The notes under the pieces: model-generated
The model's database searches: none
Told to the model about the DNA's origin: nothing
The model's input: only the letters and a program-made list of their open reading frames with translations
Assembly: GCA_046331525.1 (NCBI GenBank)
Contig: JAXLQQ010000026.1
Location: 330-64,329 of the forward strand
DNA length: 64,000 bases
Reading direction: 5' to 3'
DNA from: Blastocatellia bacterium
GTDB taxonomy: Bacteria; Acidobacteriota; Blastocatellia; RBC074
Translations under genes and position numbers: made by a program
In this document: in pieces, positions 48,275 to 58,699 of the stretch
Numbering within the stretch: position 1 is the first letter of the stretch
Layout: every line of letters starts with the position of its first letter

Positions 48275-49573
48275 ATGCCCAATAAATTCAAACTCTCCCT
48301 GACGCAACAAATCTTCGTTGGCCTCGGCCTCGGTGTCATTATTGGCTTTTTGATTCACACGTTTCTGGATGGCAATCCGCACGCCAAAGAACAAGCCATA
48401 CAATGGGTGCGCGTGCTGAGCCGTATTTTCCTGAGCCTCATCAAAGTCATTATCGCGCCGTTAATTTTCTCGACGTTGGTCGTTGGCATCGCAGGTGCCG
48501 GTAGCATCAAAGCCGTCGGTCGCATTGGGCTGAAGGCAATGGCCTACTTTACGGTCGCTACGTTGCTGGCACTCGTGATTGGCTTAGTCGCAGTAAATAT
48601 CACACGACCTGGCGATGGGGTGAATCTGCCGAGCGAGCAAAGTGCCGAGGCCAAAGAAATCGCCGCGCGTGCAGGCAAGATGACGCCGCAGGATCACATC
48701 GTGAACGTGTTCCCGACCAGCTTGATTAAATCAATGGCGGAAAACGATGTGTTGCAGATCGTCGTGTTCAGTTTGTTGTTTGCCGTCGCCGTCGCCTCCG
48801 TTGGCGAAAAAGGCAAGCCCATGGTGGCGTTCTGCGAATCGTTGTCGGAGGCAATGTTCAAGTTTACGGCCTACGTCATGAACTTCGCGCCGTGGGGCGT
48901 CGGCGCGGCAATGGCGGTTACGGTTGGCAGCAAAGGGCTCGGTGTGCTCAGGAATTTGGCTTTGCTGATCTTTACGCTCTATGGTGCGCTGGCGGTGTTT
49001 ATGTTGATTGTACTGGTTCCCGTAGCGCTGCTGATTCGCCTGCCCTTCAAGCGGTTCTTCCAACTGGTCAAGGAACCCGCGATGCTGGCGTTCACGACAA
49101 CGTCGAGCGAATCCGCGTTTCCCAAAGCCCTCGAAAATATGGAACGCCTGGGCGTGCCGCGCCGCATCGTGAGCTTTATTTTGCCGCTCGGCTATAGCTT
49201 CAACCTCGACGGCTCGACGTTGTATCTATCGCTCGCCGCCATCTTTGTCGCGCAAGCCTCGAATCATCCGCTTTCGATCAACCAGCAAATCATTATGCTG
49301 CTGACGCTGATGCTTTCGACCAAAGGCATCGCTGCTGTGCCGCGCGCTTCGCTTGTGGTGTTGGCCGGCACGCTCGCACAGTTCGGCTTACCGCTCGAAG
49401 GCATTGCTGTGATTCTCGGCGTAGATGAATTGATGGATATGGCGCGCACCGCCACGAACGTCATTGGCAATTGTCTGGCGACGGCGGTTGTGGCACGTTG
49501 GGAAGGCGAATTCAACGATGCGGGCAATGAAGTTGTGGCCCCGATTGACGCCGCTTCGATCAAATTACATTGA
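48275..49573 (+). CDS. Dicarboxylate/amino acid:cation symporter (DAACS family, GltP/DctA-like)
   Basis: The ATG at 48275 gives MPNKFKLSLTQQIFVGLGLG.... DAACS-like motifs are TSSSESAFP, GYSFNLDGSTLY, and VDELMDMARTATNVIGN. The track ORF's upstream 90 codons overlap lipB and are rejected. Confidence 0.85.
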   Translation: MPNKFKLSLTQQIFVGLGLGVIIGFLIHTFLDGNPHAKEQAIQWVRVLSRIFLSLIKVIIAPLIFSTLVVGIAGAGSIKAVGRIGLKAMAYFTVATLLALVIGLVAVNITRPGDGVNLPSEQSAEAKEIAARAGKMTPQDHIVNVFPTSLIKSMAENDVLQIVVFSLLFAVAVASVGEKGKPMVAFCESLSEAMFKFTAYVMNFAPWGVGAAMAVTVGSKGLGVLRNLALLIFTLYGALAVFMLIVLVPVALLIRLPFKRFFQLVKEPAMLAFTTTSSESAFPKALENMERLGVPRRIVSFILPLGYSFNLDGSTLYLSLAAIFVAQASNHPLSINQQIIMLLTLMLSTKGIAAVPRASLVVLAGTLAQFGLPLEGIAVILGVDELMDMARTATNVIGNCLATAVVARWEGEFNDAGNEVVAPIDAASIKLH

Positions 49574-49585
49574 AAGCGTGTCGTC

Positions 49586-49640
49586 GGTGAAGGAGGGCGT
49601 AAATACCTGCCTTTCCGCCCTCCTTCACCGCTGGGCTTCC
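49586..49640. repeat. Intergenic palindromic element, family A (second copy, left arm shorter)
   Basis: GGTGAAGGAGGGCG (49586-49599) faces CGCCCTCCTTCACC (49616-49629). The extension GCTGGGCTTCC matches the 11218-11242 arm with few differences. Confidence 0.8.
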
Positions 49641-49691
49641 GTCGTTCTTCGCACTGCACTTCTTTTCATTCGCTGCTATAATCCTTCCGCT

Positions 49692-50648
49692 ATGACAACA
49701 GTGAAACCAATCACTCCCAAACCGAAATGGTTGAAAATCCGACTCAACACTGGCGGCGAATATCAACACATCAAACATCTGGTCAACGATCTGAGCCTGC
49801 ACACCGTGTGTCAGGAAGCGCGTTGCCCGAACCTGTATGAATGCTGGTCGAGCGGCACGGCGACGTTTATGATCGCGGGCGAAGTCTGCACGCGGCGCTG
49901 CGGCTTTTGCGCCGTCAGCAAAGGCGCGCCTGTCGTGCTCGACCCCGAAGAGCCGTGGCACGTTGCGCAAGCCGTGCAAAAGATGAACGTTAAGCACGCG
50001 GTTATTACTGCCGTCAATCGGGACGATATGGCAGACGGCGGTGCGCTGCACTTCGCGCAGACAATCCAAGCTGTGCGTGCGCTGAATCCCCACACTAAAG
50101 TTGAAGTGCTGATTCCCGATTTTCAGGGCAACGAAGCGGCCTTGAACGCCGTGCTGGATGCGCAACCGGACGTGCTGAATCACAACACAGAAACTGTGCC
50201 GCGCCTCTATCGTCGCGTGCGTCCACAAGCGAAATATCGGGAATGGACGATGACGCTACTCGAACGCGCGGCGAAGCGGCGGGACGAAGAGGGGCGGGGG
50301 ATGCTAACAAAGTCAGGCGTAATGCTTGGCTTGGGCGAAACGGATGACGAGATTATTGCTACGATGCGCGATTTACGCAGCGTAGATTGCGACATCCTGA
50401 CGCTTGGCCAATATCTGCAACCCGCGCCGAAGCGGTTGCAGGTCGAGAAATTCTACACGCCGGAAGAGTTTGCAAATTTCAAAACGATTGGCCTGGAAAT
50501 GGGCTTTCGCTACGTCGAATCGGGGCCGCTGGTGCGCTCCAGTTATCACGCGCACGAGCATACAGCAGGCGTGCAGCCTGTTGCCGCTACGATTGCGCCG
50601 CCCACGAAACTCAAACGCGAATTGCCGGTCTTGAATTTTTCTGCGTAA
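49692..50648 (+). CDS. lipA: Lipoyl synthase (radical SAM)
   Basis: CQEARCPNLYEC (auxiliary-cluster Cys residues), CTRRCGFC (radical-SAM CxxxCxxC), and the C-terminal ...VRSSYHA. The ATG at 49692 is preferred over the track start at 49464. Confidence 0.93.
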   Translation: MTTVKPITPKPKWLKIRLNTGGEYQHIKHLVNDLSLHTVCQEARCPNLYECWSSGTATFMIAGEVCTRRCGFCAVSKGAPVVLDPEEPWHVAQAVQKMNVKHAVITAVNRDDMADGGALHFAQTIQAVRALNPHTKVEVLIPDFQGNEAALNAVLDAQPDVLNHNTETVPRLYRRVRPQAKYREWTMTLLERAAKRRDEEGRGMLTKSGVMLGLGETDDEIIATMRDLRSVDCDILTLGQYLQPAPKRLQVEKFYTPEEFANFKTIGLEMGFRYVESGPLVRSSYHAHEHTAGVQPVAATIAPPTKLKRELPVLNFSA

Positions 50649-50671
50649 GAACCGAAGAGTTGCCTATTTTT

Positions 50672-50902
50672 ATGCCGAATTCCCAAGCGAAACAGCCAGA
50701 GAATGTGCCAGGGCGATTTTATGTGGACACGAATTGTATAGATTGTGATGTGTGCCGCGATCTGGCCGAAGCGAATTTTACCCGCGAAGAACGCGGCGGT
50801 TATTCGTATGTCTACAAACAGCCGGAAACACCGGAGGAAGAATCGCTGTGTCAGGAAGCCCTAGAGGTTTGTCCGGTAGAGGCCATAGGGAAAAGCGATT
50901 GA
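50672..50902 (+). CDS. Small single-cluster ferredoxin
   Basis: 76 aa. GRFYVDTNCIDCDVCRDLA...LCQEALEVCPVEAI has the CxxCxxC...CP pattern. It starts 24 nt after the lipA stop. Confidence 0.75.
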   Translation: MPNSQAKQPENVPGRFYVDTNCIDCDVCRDLAEANFTREERGGYSYVYKQPETPEEESLCQEALEVCPVEAIGKSD

Positions 50903-50910
50903 TGGTCACT

Positions 50911-51624
50911 TCACTGCCGTTGCCACGTGGTGCCATCCGTATATTCAATTCTCTTGATCGAAACCGGCTCTTGCGGGAATTGCGAAGGGTCTTGAAAGCT
51001 TTTGCTACAGACAGACTCAAACGCTTTACCAGCATTGAGCGCGACAACTTTACACTTCATTGCACCTTGTGGCAGGGGGTGCTTGAGGGTTTTCTTACCA
51101 CCCGGTTTGATTTCTGTTTTGCTGCTCACCTCATAGCGTAAGAGAAGCTTCTCGCCTTCTCGCCGCGGAAAGGCGAAGTCCCACTCGACAGCCTGGATTG
51201 TTTTGTCAGCTGTGTTTTTAAGGGAAAGGTTCACCCATTCAGCCAGGTCAATCACACGAATGGAAGAACGAATTTGTCCTTGTGCGCGTCGTTCTTTTTT
51301 ATCTTCCGGCGCAAGAATGCCACGTGGTGTGTTTTGATTATAGTTTGGATTGGTACGGCTTGTTTGTGCGTTGCGGCGCGCAGCCTTCTCGGCTTCTGTT
51401 TGGGGAATTTCTGTTGTTTCAGCCGAAAAGACGGAGGATTGCCAATCCAGCAGCGGATAGTAATTGTTGCCGATTTTGAAGCTGACGATCTCCACGGCGA
51501 GCTTTTCTTGCACAGTGCTGGGTGGAGGCGCGGGCGCATCCGTTACGGCTTGGGCAAAGAGGGGAAGAGCGGTTAGCCAGCTAACGGCTATCAGACGAAT
51601 CAGCAAGCGTGCTAAATGTGCCAT
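50911..51624 (-). CDS. Hypothetical secreted protein
   Basis: The ATG at 51624 gives a signal-like MAHLARLLIRLIAVSWLTALPLFAQA. I recognise no family. It lies downstream of the TonB receptor on the same strand. Confidence 0.45.
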   Translation of the reverse strand: MAHLARLLIRLIAVSWLTALPLFAQAVTDAPAPPPSTVQEKLAVEIVSFKIGNNYYPLLDWQSSVFSAETTEIPQTEAEKAARRNAQTSRTNPNYNQNTPRGILAPEDKKERRAQGQIRSSIRVIDLAEWVNLSLKNTADKTIQAVEWDFAFPRREGEKLLLRYEVSSKTEIKPGGKKTLKHPLPQGAMKCKVVALNAGKAFESVCSKSFQDPSQFPQEPVSIKRIEYTDGTTWQRQ

Positions 51625-51742
51625 AACATCTTCCTTTCGTAGGCTGGGAGGGCGGAGAAGATTGTAAGAGCAACTCACCGAAAACAAAAGCTCGCTCAGC
51701 CCGAAGGCCAAGCGAGCTTTTAGAGTAGTCAGCAAGTTTTTG

Positions 51743-54700
51743 TTAGAACGAGTAGCGCAGTGCGACCTGCATCTCGCGGTTTCCGCCCTTGCCAGTAACC
51801 TTACCGAAGGTCGTGGTCAGGTTGTTCGGATTGGTGTCCGGGCCGTTCCAGTTCGGATGGTTCAACCAGTTGAAGCCTTCCAGCACAAATTGCAGAGAAT
51901 GCCGCTCTTTAATGAGAAACTCTTTATTGAGCCGGAGGTTGTGATTTTGGAATCCAGGTGCGTAGAAAAGACCACGCCCTTTCTGATTCGAAATCGTTCC
52001 CGCTGCTGGCTTGGTGAAGATCGCCGTGCCATCTGCATTGAACGGATAGAACCAATAGTTGGATTCGAAGGTGCCAGGTGCCGTGGCCGAATTATTGGCG
52101 TACTGGCCTTTGATTTCTGGCGCACGCGTGTAAAGCCAGAGTTGGGAACCGCTGCCCGGTCCAACGCCCGCAAAGTCATCACCCGTACCAATGGTGATCG
52201 GGTTGCCGGTCGCCATTTGCGAAACGCCGCTGAGCACCCAGCCACCCAGCAATTTGCCAGTCCACTTCGATTGATCCTTAAAGATCGGAGGTTGATAGGC
52301 AAAGGTGATAACCATCGAGTGACGGCGGTCAAAGGTTGATGGCCCCCACAGATTGCTGACATCGTAAGCATTCGGAACAACGTCACGTTGCGCTGATCCA
52401 TCATCCCAGGATTTCGACAGCGTATAGGCAAAGCTGTAACTCAGTCCTTTGCTAAAGCGACGTTCCAATCCAGCTTGGAAGCTGTGATACATCGAGTTCG
52501 CATCGTTATTGGTAACGCGGATGATGTTGTACCCCTTGTACGGACGCAAGGCATCAGGATTGACGCCAGGATTGGCTTGGAGTGTACCGACTGCCAGTTG
52601 GTTGATATTGCGTTCGCGTTGCGCGTGCAGACCGCGACGGCCAACGTAACTGACTTCTAGTTTCGTGCCAAAACCAATTTCACGCTCAAAGGTTCCGTTC
52701 CAAGTCCAGGCTTCAGGATTTTTGAAGATTTTATCCTGCGTGGTGATCTGCTGCGTGAAAACGTTACCGGCTTTGCCACCGGGATTATCCACACTGCCGT
52801 TGGTAACCGAAACAGTCGGCTGCAACGGCGGATTGCCGCCGAGGAAGACCGAGTCGCTAACGCCCAAGCGCGTCATAAAGCGGCCAACGCCTGCACGGAA
52901 CACATTTTTCTCATTAAACGCATAGGCCAAGCCTGCGCGTGGTTGGAAGTTGTTTTTGTGAACTTCCGAGAATGATTTGCCTTCGCCACGGAAAAGAAAA
53001 TCAAACTGACCAGTTGATGCGATAGCTACACGACCAGCGCCTTTCGCGGCATCAGGCCAACCGGTGCCGGGAATGACCAAGCCGTTATAAAGCGATTGCA
53101 AGCTGGGCGATGGCGTCGTGATGAATCCAGTCGTCGGACTGACCGTCACCGCTTTTGACGGGTCGTAGTACTTAGAGTCAAATACGACCATATTGCCCCA
53201 CAGGCTGTAGTACGGTTGGATGATGCTGTGGCGCAAGCCTGCTTCGAGGCGCAGTTTCGGAGTGGCTTTCCAGGAATCCTGTGCGAACCACTCGAACATG
53301 TGCCCACGATAAGGGGTATAGGAACGGTCACCGATTTCGGCATAGGTGTCGAACAGGCCAAGAGCTGCGTTGGCAGCCGCTACGCCTGTCTTACCATCAG
53401 TAGCTGAGTTGGAAAACACAAAACGACCGTTCTGGTTGTTCGTGCCGCCCGGCGTACCGGAAACGTTGATCTGGTCGAAATCGTTCTGTCCGGCGCGCTC
53501 AAAGTAGCCGCCGAATTTGATCGTGTGATTACCGCGAATATTTGTCCAGTTATTGTTGAGCTGATAGATCGGCCCTTTGGAGCTGGACGGATACGGACCA
53601 CCGTCAAGACTACCGAAAATATCCAAACCGTCAACGGTCGGAATCTTGTCCTGAATTTCCTTCGGAGAGGAGAAGATGTAAGGATAGTTGATACCGTAGT
53701 TGCTGCGTTTGTAGCGATCACCACGTTGGTCAACGTAGATATAAACCTGATCGCGGCTGCCTGCTACCAAGGTTTCACTAATCCAGGTCGGTGACCAGGT
53801 TTTTGTCCAACCGATAGAAATCGTCTGGTTTGGACGGTCGATGATTTGCGGCGCACGATCTGTTGCGCCACGGAATGCGCTCACGTCGTTGAAGTGGAAA
53901 AGCGCCAGACGGAATTTGATCTGGTTCTTTTCATTCGGCAAATAGTCAACGTTGATGTTTTCTTTGCGCTGATTGGTTTGCAGCGGACGGCTTTGGAAGA
54001 AGTTCGAGCCGCCAGAGAAGAATCCAGCAATTGGGTCGGGGAACGCCTTGAGCAAGGCCAGACCATTCGCGCTTAACCGGGCAGCAGGAATCTTATTGAT
54101 GATGCCGCCGTCGTTGAAACAAGCTGTTTGATCGGTCGCATTGCAAACACCGGCCTTCAGCGGATCTTTGACGAAACGAGTAACTCCGAGGTTCGCATTG
54201 TAATTCGGGCCGCCGGGGAATAATTCACTGAAATCTCCCTGACGCATTCTGGCGGTGGGGACGCGCTGAACGTTGTTACCCGTCTGGCGAATTCTGACCC
54301 ATTCCATGCTGTACAGGAAAAACAGTTTGTTACGTTCTTTGTTGAAATCCAAGCCGGGGATCACGACCGGGCCGCTGAAATTGAAACCGGGCTGGTTATA
54401 CCGGAATGGGTTCGGACGGCAGGCCGTATCCTTGGCAAAAGCCGGATCGGTACAGGGACGCGCCGCTGTCGCCGTACGATTATTGCTCCAACTGTTGGCG
54501 TTAAGGGCTGCGTTGCGCAGATACTCATACGCTACGCCGTGGAAATCCTTGCCCCCGCCTTTGGTGACGATGCGCACTTGTCCGCCTGCGGAACGTCCGT
54601 ACTCAGCGTTGTAATTGGCTGTCAGAATCTGCACTTCCTGCGTTGAATCCAGGTCGGCCACACCGATGCTGGTGCCATTGGAACGAGTACGCACACCGAC

Positions 54701-55306
54701 TGCACCGTCGAACGTGATCAAGGTATCCTGGGTACGGGAACCGTTGATGACCAGACCTGCCTGCGAAAGTCCCGAACTATTACCGCCCAGGTTGTTGCCA
54801 AGTACGCCAGGTTTGGTTAGGGCGAGAAACAACGGATTGCGTCCGTTGATCATGGTGTTTTGGATGGTTTTTTCGTCCACCAATTTGCTAAGGGACGAAG
54901 ATTCAGTCTGTACGCCGACTGCGGTGGCTGTGATGTTGACGACTTCGCTAACCTGTCCGGGTTGCAGCGAAACGTCAAGTTTAGCTGGCACGTTCGGGTC
55001 AACCTTTTTATTACTCTCTTTGTAAAGCTTGAATCCGTTGGCTTCCACGGCAACTGTGTAGAGGCCGGAGGGCAACTGAGTGACGATGTAATAGCCTTCG
55101 CTATTGGTTACCGCACTTCTTTCATAGTTTGTGGTTTCGTTCTTCACCGAAACTTTGGCGTTGGCGATGACCGCGCCTGTTTGATCTTTTACGAAACCAG
55201 AAATCTGGGTGTTGTCCGATTGGGCAAACGCGATCAGCGAACCCAAAATAAGACATAACCCAATGCTCAACACACGTGCGAGCATTTTGGTTTGATGGGT
55301 AATCAT
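51743..55306 (-). CDS. TonB-dependent outer-membrane receptor with carboxypeptidase-regulatory-like N-terminal domain
   Basis: The start at 55306 (or 55285) gives the signal peptide ...LGSLIAFAQS. ISGFVKDQTGAVIANAKVSVKN...SEGYYIVTQLPSGLYTVAVEANGF is the regulatory-like domain. A long barrel follows, with the terminal ...VALRYSF. Confidence 0.85.
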   Translation of the reverse strand: MITHQTKMLARVLSIGLCLILGSLIAFAQSDNTQISGFVKDQTGAVIANAKVSVKNETTNYERSAVTNSEGYYIVTQLPSGLYTVAVEANGFKLYKESNKKVDPNVPAKLDVSLQPGQVSEVVNITATAVGVQTESSSLSKLVDEKTIQNTMINGRNPLFLALTKPGVLGNNLGGNSSGLSQAGLVINGSRTQDTLITFDGAVGVRTRSNGTSIGVADLDSTQEVQILTANYNAEYGRSAGGQVRIVTKGGGKDFHGVAYEYLRNAALNANSWSNNRTATAARPCTDPAFAKDTACRPNPFRYNQPGFNFSGPVVIPGLDFNKERNKLFFLYSMEWVRIRQTGNNVQRVPTARMRQGDFSELFPGGPNYNANLGVTRFVKDPLKAGVCNATDQTACFNDGGIINKIPAARLSANGLALLKAFPDPIAGFFSGGSNFFQSRPLQTNQRKENINVDYLPNEKNQIKFRLALFHFNDVSAFRGATDRAPQIIDRPNQTISIGWTKTWSPTWISETLVAGSRDQVYIYVDQRGDRYKRSNYGINYPYIFSSPKEIQDKIPTVDGLDIFGSLDGGPYPSSSKGPIYQLNNNWTNIRGNHTIKFGGYFERAGQNDFDQINVSGTPGGTNNQNGRFVFSNSATDGKTGVAAANAALGLFDTYAEIGDRSYTPYRGHMFEWFAQDSWKATPKLRLEAGLRHSIIQPYYSLWGNMVVFDSKYYDPSKAVTVSPTTGFITTPSPSLQSLYNGLVIPGTGWPDAAKGAGRVAIASTGQFDFLFRGEGKSFSEVHKNNFQPRAGLAYAFNEKNVFRAGVGRFMTRLGVSDSVFLGGNPPLQPTVSVTNGSVDNPGGKAGNVFTQQITTQDKIFKNPEAWTWNGTFEREIGFGTKLEVSYVGRRGLHAQRERNINQLAVGTLQANPGVNPDALRPYKGYNIIRVTNNDANSMYHSFQAGLERRFSKGLSYSFAYTLSKSWDDGSAQRDVVPNAYDVSNLWGPSTFDRRHSMVITFAYQPPIFKDQSKWTGKLLGGWVLSGVSQMATGNPITIGTGDDFAGVGPGSGSQLWLYTRAPEIKGQYANNSATAPGTFESNYWFYPFNADGTAIFTKPAAGTISNQKGRGLFYAPGFQNHNLRLNKEFLIKERHSLQFVLEGFNWLNHPNWNGPDTNPNNLTTTFGKVTGKGGNREMQVALRYSF

Positions 55307-55615
55307 TAATGTACTCCTCTGAGATGTGCCGTAATCGGATGGGATTACGGGGGACTTGCGGTTACTGTGCAGAAGACACCACACAGTAGGTTCAATCAAA
55401 TATGCGAATAACAAGTTCGAGGATTGTGTTTTCAGCCCAGCGGTGCTGACTGAGTCTGCCAAAGGATGGCGTAATTCGTGAATCTCGTCAGCTTGGGAGG
55501 AATTATCCAAATGGTTTGACCAAGTGTCAAGCGATGAGTATGCTAAGCATTCTTTTACTCGTGAAATTTTACGTTCACTTTTCCATCACCTTACACCAAT
55601 TTTCGGAGGACATCT

Positions 55616-56974
55616 ATGGCTGACAAGAAATCACGCAGAGACTTTCTCAAGCAAGCAGGCGCGGGTGTTACCGTTAGCAGTACACTGCTTTCAATTCCCA
55701 CTTACGCGCAAACCACGAAAATCAAAAACGTTTTAGCGCCCAACCGCATTCTGGGCGCGAACGACCGCATCAATGTGGCTTCGATTGGTGTGGGTGGTCG
55801 CGGCACGAGCGTGTTGCGTTGGGCGATGGATGTTGGGCAGAAAAGTCAGCCTGCGCAGATCGTTGCCGTCTGCGATGTTTACCGAAAGCGCCTGAACAAC
55901 GCGCAGCAAATTAGCAAGGCCGAATTTGCCACACTGGATTACCGCGAAGTTATCGCGCGCAAAGATGTGGACGCGGTAATTGTTGCGACGCCGGATCACT
56001 GGCACGCACCGATTTCGATTGATGCGATGCGCGCGGGCAAAGACGTGTACTGCGAAAAGCCGATGACCAAGACGGTCGAGGAAGCCAAGAAATTTGCGGA
56101 AGTTGCGAAAGCCACAGACCGCATTGTGCAAATCGGCTCCAACACGACATCCGAGCGATCAATGGTGGCAGGCGCGCAAAGCAATTCAGGACGGGATGAT
56201 CGGCAAACTGCTGATGAGCCAGGGTCGTATCATCGCAACTCCATCGAAGGCGAATGGAATTACAAGATTGATCCGAATGCTGGCCCTGACGGCAAGGCGA
56301 CGATTTCATTGATTGGAACACCTGGATCGGCCCGGCCACGAAACGCCCGTGGAGCGCCGAACGCTTTTTCCGTTTCCGCAAATACTGGGGATTACTCAAG
56401 CCGGTATTGCGACCGACCTGTTCTATCACGTCGTCGCGCCGCTTCGAACATTTGCTGGGGCGAGGCGCAGTTCCCGTACAAAGTCATGGCGTCGGGTGGC
56501 ATTTACGTCTTCAACGATGGCCGCGAAGTGCCGGACACCTTCCATTTGATCGCTGAATTCCCGAAAGGCCATTCGCTGGTGCTCAGTTCTTCGATGGCAA
56601 ACAGCCAGCATATTCCGGGCCTGCTACGCGGGCACGAAGGCTGATATGATGGTGCCGCAGGGCCAGTTCCAGGGCAAAGTGGATTACATCACCGTTACTG
56701 CCGAGCGTCAGTTTAAAGACAAATTCGTACAAAAATACGGCAGCAACGAAGTCAAACTGAACACCGACAAGACGCGCGAAGACCATATGCAAAACTTCCT
56801 GCGCGCTGCGTCCGCACGCGCGAGAAAAATGTGCTGGATGCGCCGACTGCATATCGTGCGATGACGACCATCGGGATGGCTGTCGAATCGTATCGTTCCG
56901 GCAAGGTCTTGTACTTTGACGAGCGCAACGAACGGGTGACTGACCGTCCGATTCAAGTGCAGGCAAAAGCCTAG
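55616..56974 (+). pseudogene. Tat-signal Gfo/Idh/MocA-family oxidoreductase with at least eight frame changes
   Basis: The N-terminus is [17 protein letters not shown] (twin-Arg) followed by the Rossmann motif [12 protein letters not shown]. Family-typical segments appear in alternating frames: [19 protein letters not shown] (frame 0), [13 protein letters not shown] (2), [31 protein letters not shown] (1), [14 protein letters not shown] (0), [17 protein letters not shown] (2), MMVPQGQF... (0) and [19 protein letters not shown]...QAKA* (2). Confidence 0.8.
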
Positions 56975-57070
56975 TAACCAACCAATGACCGCGACCGTAT
57001 CAAGAGCTTTGTTTTTCTCTAAATATGGTCGCGGTTTTTTCTGATTGTATTCCCCTAACACCCAAAGATT

Positions 57071-57799
57071 ATGAAACTCCTACTTACCACGTTACTCGTT
57101 TGTCTCTTCACCCTTCCTGCGCTGGCGCAAAAGCCGAATGAACTGACGAAGGCGGAAAAGAAAGCCGGTTGGAGGCTTTTGTTTGACGGCAAGACGCTAA
57201 ACGGTTGGCGAGGCTTTCATCAGCAGACGGTTCCGAACGATTGGACAGCCGAAGATGGCGCGATTACGAAAGTCAAAAATGTCGGCGAAAAGCAAAGCTC
57301 TGGCGGTGACATTATCACGGTCGAGCAATTCGACAACTTCGAGCTTTCGTTTGAATGGAAACTCAAACCCGGCGGCAACAGCGGCGTAAAATATTTGGTT
57401 TCCGAAAGCCTGCCCGAAAAAGGCAAAGCCGCCGTCAGCTTCGAATATCAGGTGCTGGATGACGACAAGCATCCTGATGCCAAGCTCGGCATCAATGGCA
57501 ATCGCAAAGCGGGGTCGCTTTATGACTTAATTCCGGCACCCGCGCAAAAACCGCTCAAACCCATTGGCGAATTCAATCAATCGAAAATCATCGTCAAAGG
57601 CAACCACATCGAACACTGGCTCAATGGGCAGAAGATGGTGGAATTTGAGCGCGGCAGCGACGCCCTCAAACAACACATCGCCGAAAGCAAATTCAAAACC
57701 ACGAAAGGCTTTGGTGAATTTGCGAAAGGCCACATCCTGCTGCAAGACCACGGCGACCAAATCTGGTTTCGCAATCTGAAAATTCGTTCACTGAAATAG
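57071..57799 (+). CDS. DUF1080 (3-keto-disaccharide hydrolase-like) secreted protein, intact
   Basis: Signal peptide; GWRLLFDGKTLNGWRGF, NSGVKY, EYQVLDD and HILLQDHGDQIWFRNLKIRSL are the typical DUF1080 pattern. Confidence 0.8.
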   Translation: MKLLLTTLLVCLFTLPALAQKPNELTKAEKKAGWRLLFDGKTLNGWRGFHQQTVPNDWTAEDGAITKVKNVGEKQSSGGDIITVEQFDNFELSFEWKLKPGGNSGVKYLVSESLPEKGKAAVSFEYQVLDDDKHPDAKLGINGNRKAGSLYDLIPAPAQKPLKPIGEFNQSKIIVKGNHIEHWLNGQKMVEFERGSDALKQHIAESKFKTTKGFGEFAKGHILLQDHGDQIWFRNLKIRSLK

Positions 57800-57805
57800 C
57801 CAGTC

Positions 57806-57853
57806 GTCAGTTGTCCGCTGCTTACCGCAGCTAATGGGCAACGGACAACTGAC
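57806..57853. repeat. Intergenic palindrome, family D (GTCAGTTGTCCG ... CGGACAACTGAC)
   Basis: A perfect 12-nt inverted repeat (57806-57817 and 57842-57853) encloses an inner hairpin, GCTGC...GCAGC. Confidence 0.75.
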
Positions 57854-57867
57854 TATGGACAACGAAC

Positions 57868-58629
57868 ATGGAACCAATTGTACAAATCTCCCTTGATCTC
57901 ACCGACATCAACGAAGCCATCGAAACCGCCCGCATCGCACTTGAAGCTGGTGTAGATTAGCTTGAAGCGAGCACGCCGCTGATTCTCGCCGAAGGCTTGC
58001 ATGGTGTGCGTGCATTGCGGCGCGAGTTTCCCGGCACGCCTATCGTTGCTGATTTGAAAACTATGGACGGCGGCTATCTTGAGGCCGAAATGATGGCGAA
58101 AGCCGGTGCAACGCACGTTGTCGTGATGGCGCGCGCGCATCCTGAAACGATCAAATGTGTCGTCAAGGCCGGACACGATTTTGGCGTCAAGTGATGGGCG
58201 ACAACATGGTCTTTGAAGACAAAGCAGCCGCGAGCAAAATGCTGGAGGATTTGGGCTGCGATTATATCGTGCATCACACGGGCTTCGACGAACGCAACGG
58301 TATCTTTGCCGACACGGGCAAAATGCTCAGCCCACTGGATGACCTTGATGCGGTCGTGAAAAGCCGTTAGCATTCCGGTGCAAAAAGCCGTCGGCGGGCT
58401 TTCGATTGAACAAGCGATTTCGATGCCCAAGCGCGGCGCACCGCTTGTCGTGATTGGCGCGCCGCTAGCGATTGATGCGCATTCGTTCAGCGTGGCGAGC
58501 AATGATTTGAAAACGGTTTTAAGTAGAGAATTACTCGGAGAATACGAGAGTAAAGAAATTATTGGCCTGAATTACGCAGATTGGCGCAGATTATTTGCTT
58601 TTGAAAATCAGGCCGCTTTGATTGAGTGA
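57868..58629 (+). pseudogene. Hexulose-6-phosphate synthase / 3-keto-L-gulonate-6-P decarboxylase family (OMPDC-like) gene with one nonsense codon and two frame changes
   Basis: MEPIVQISLDLTDINEAIE...AGVD*LEASTPLI...IVADLKTMDGGYLEAEMMAKAGA. The TAG at 57958-57960 sits where Trp (TGG) is expected. Frame changes occur at about 58190 and 58360, both at A runs. Confidence 0.75.
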
Positions 58630-58699
58630 AAATTTCTCATCACAAAACAAACCTGCGCAAATCCGTGTAATCTGTGGCTAAATTTATTAGGAAGTAAAT

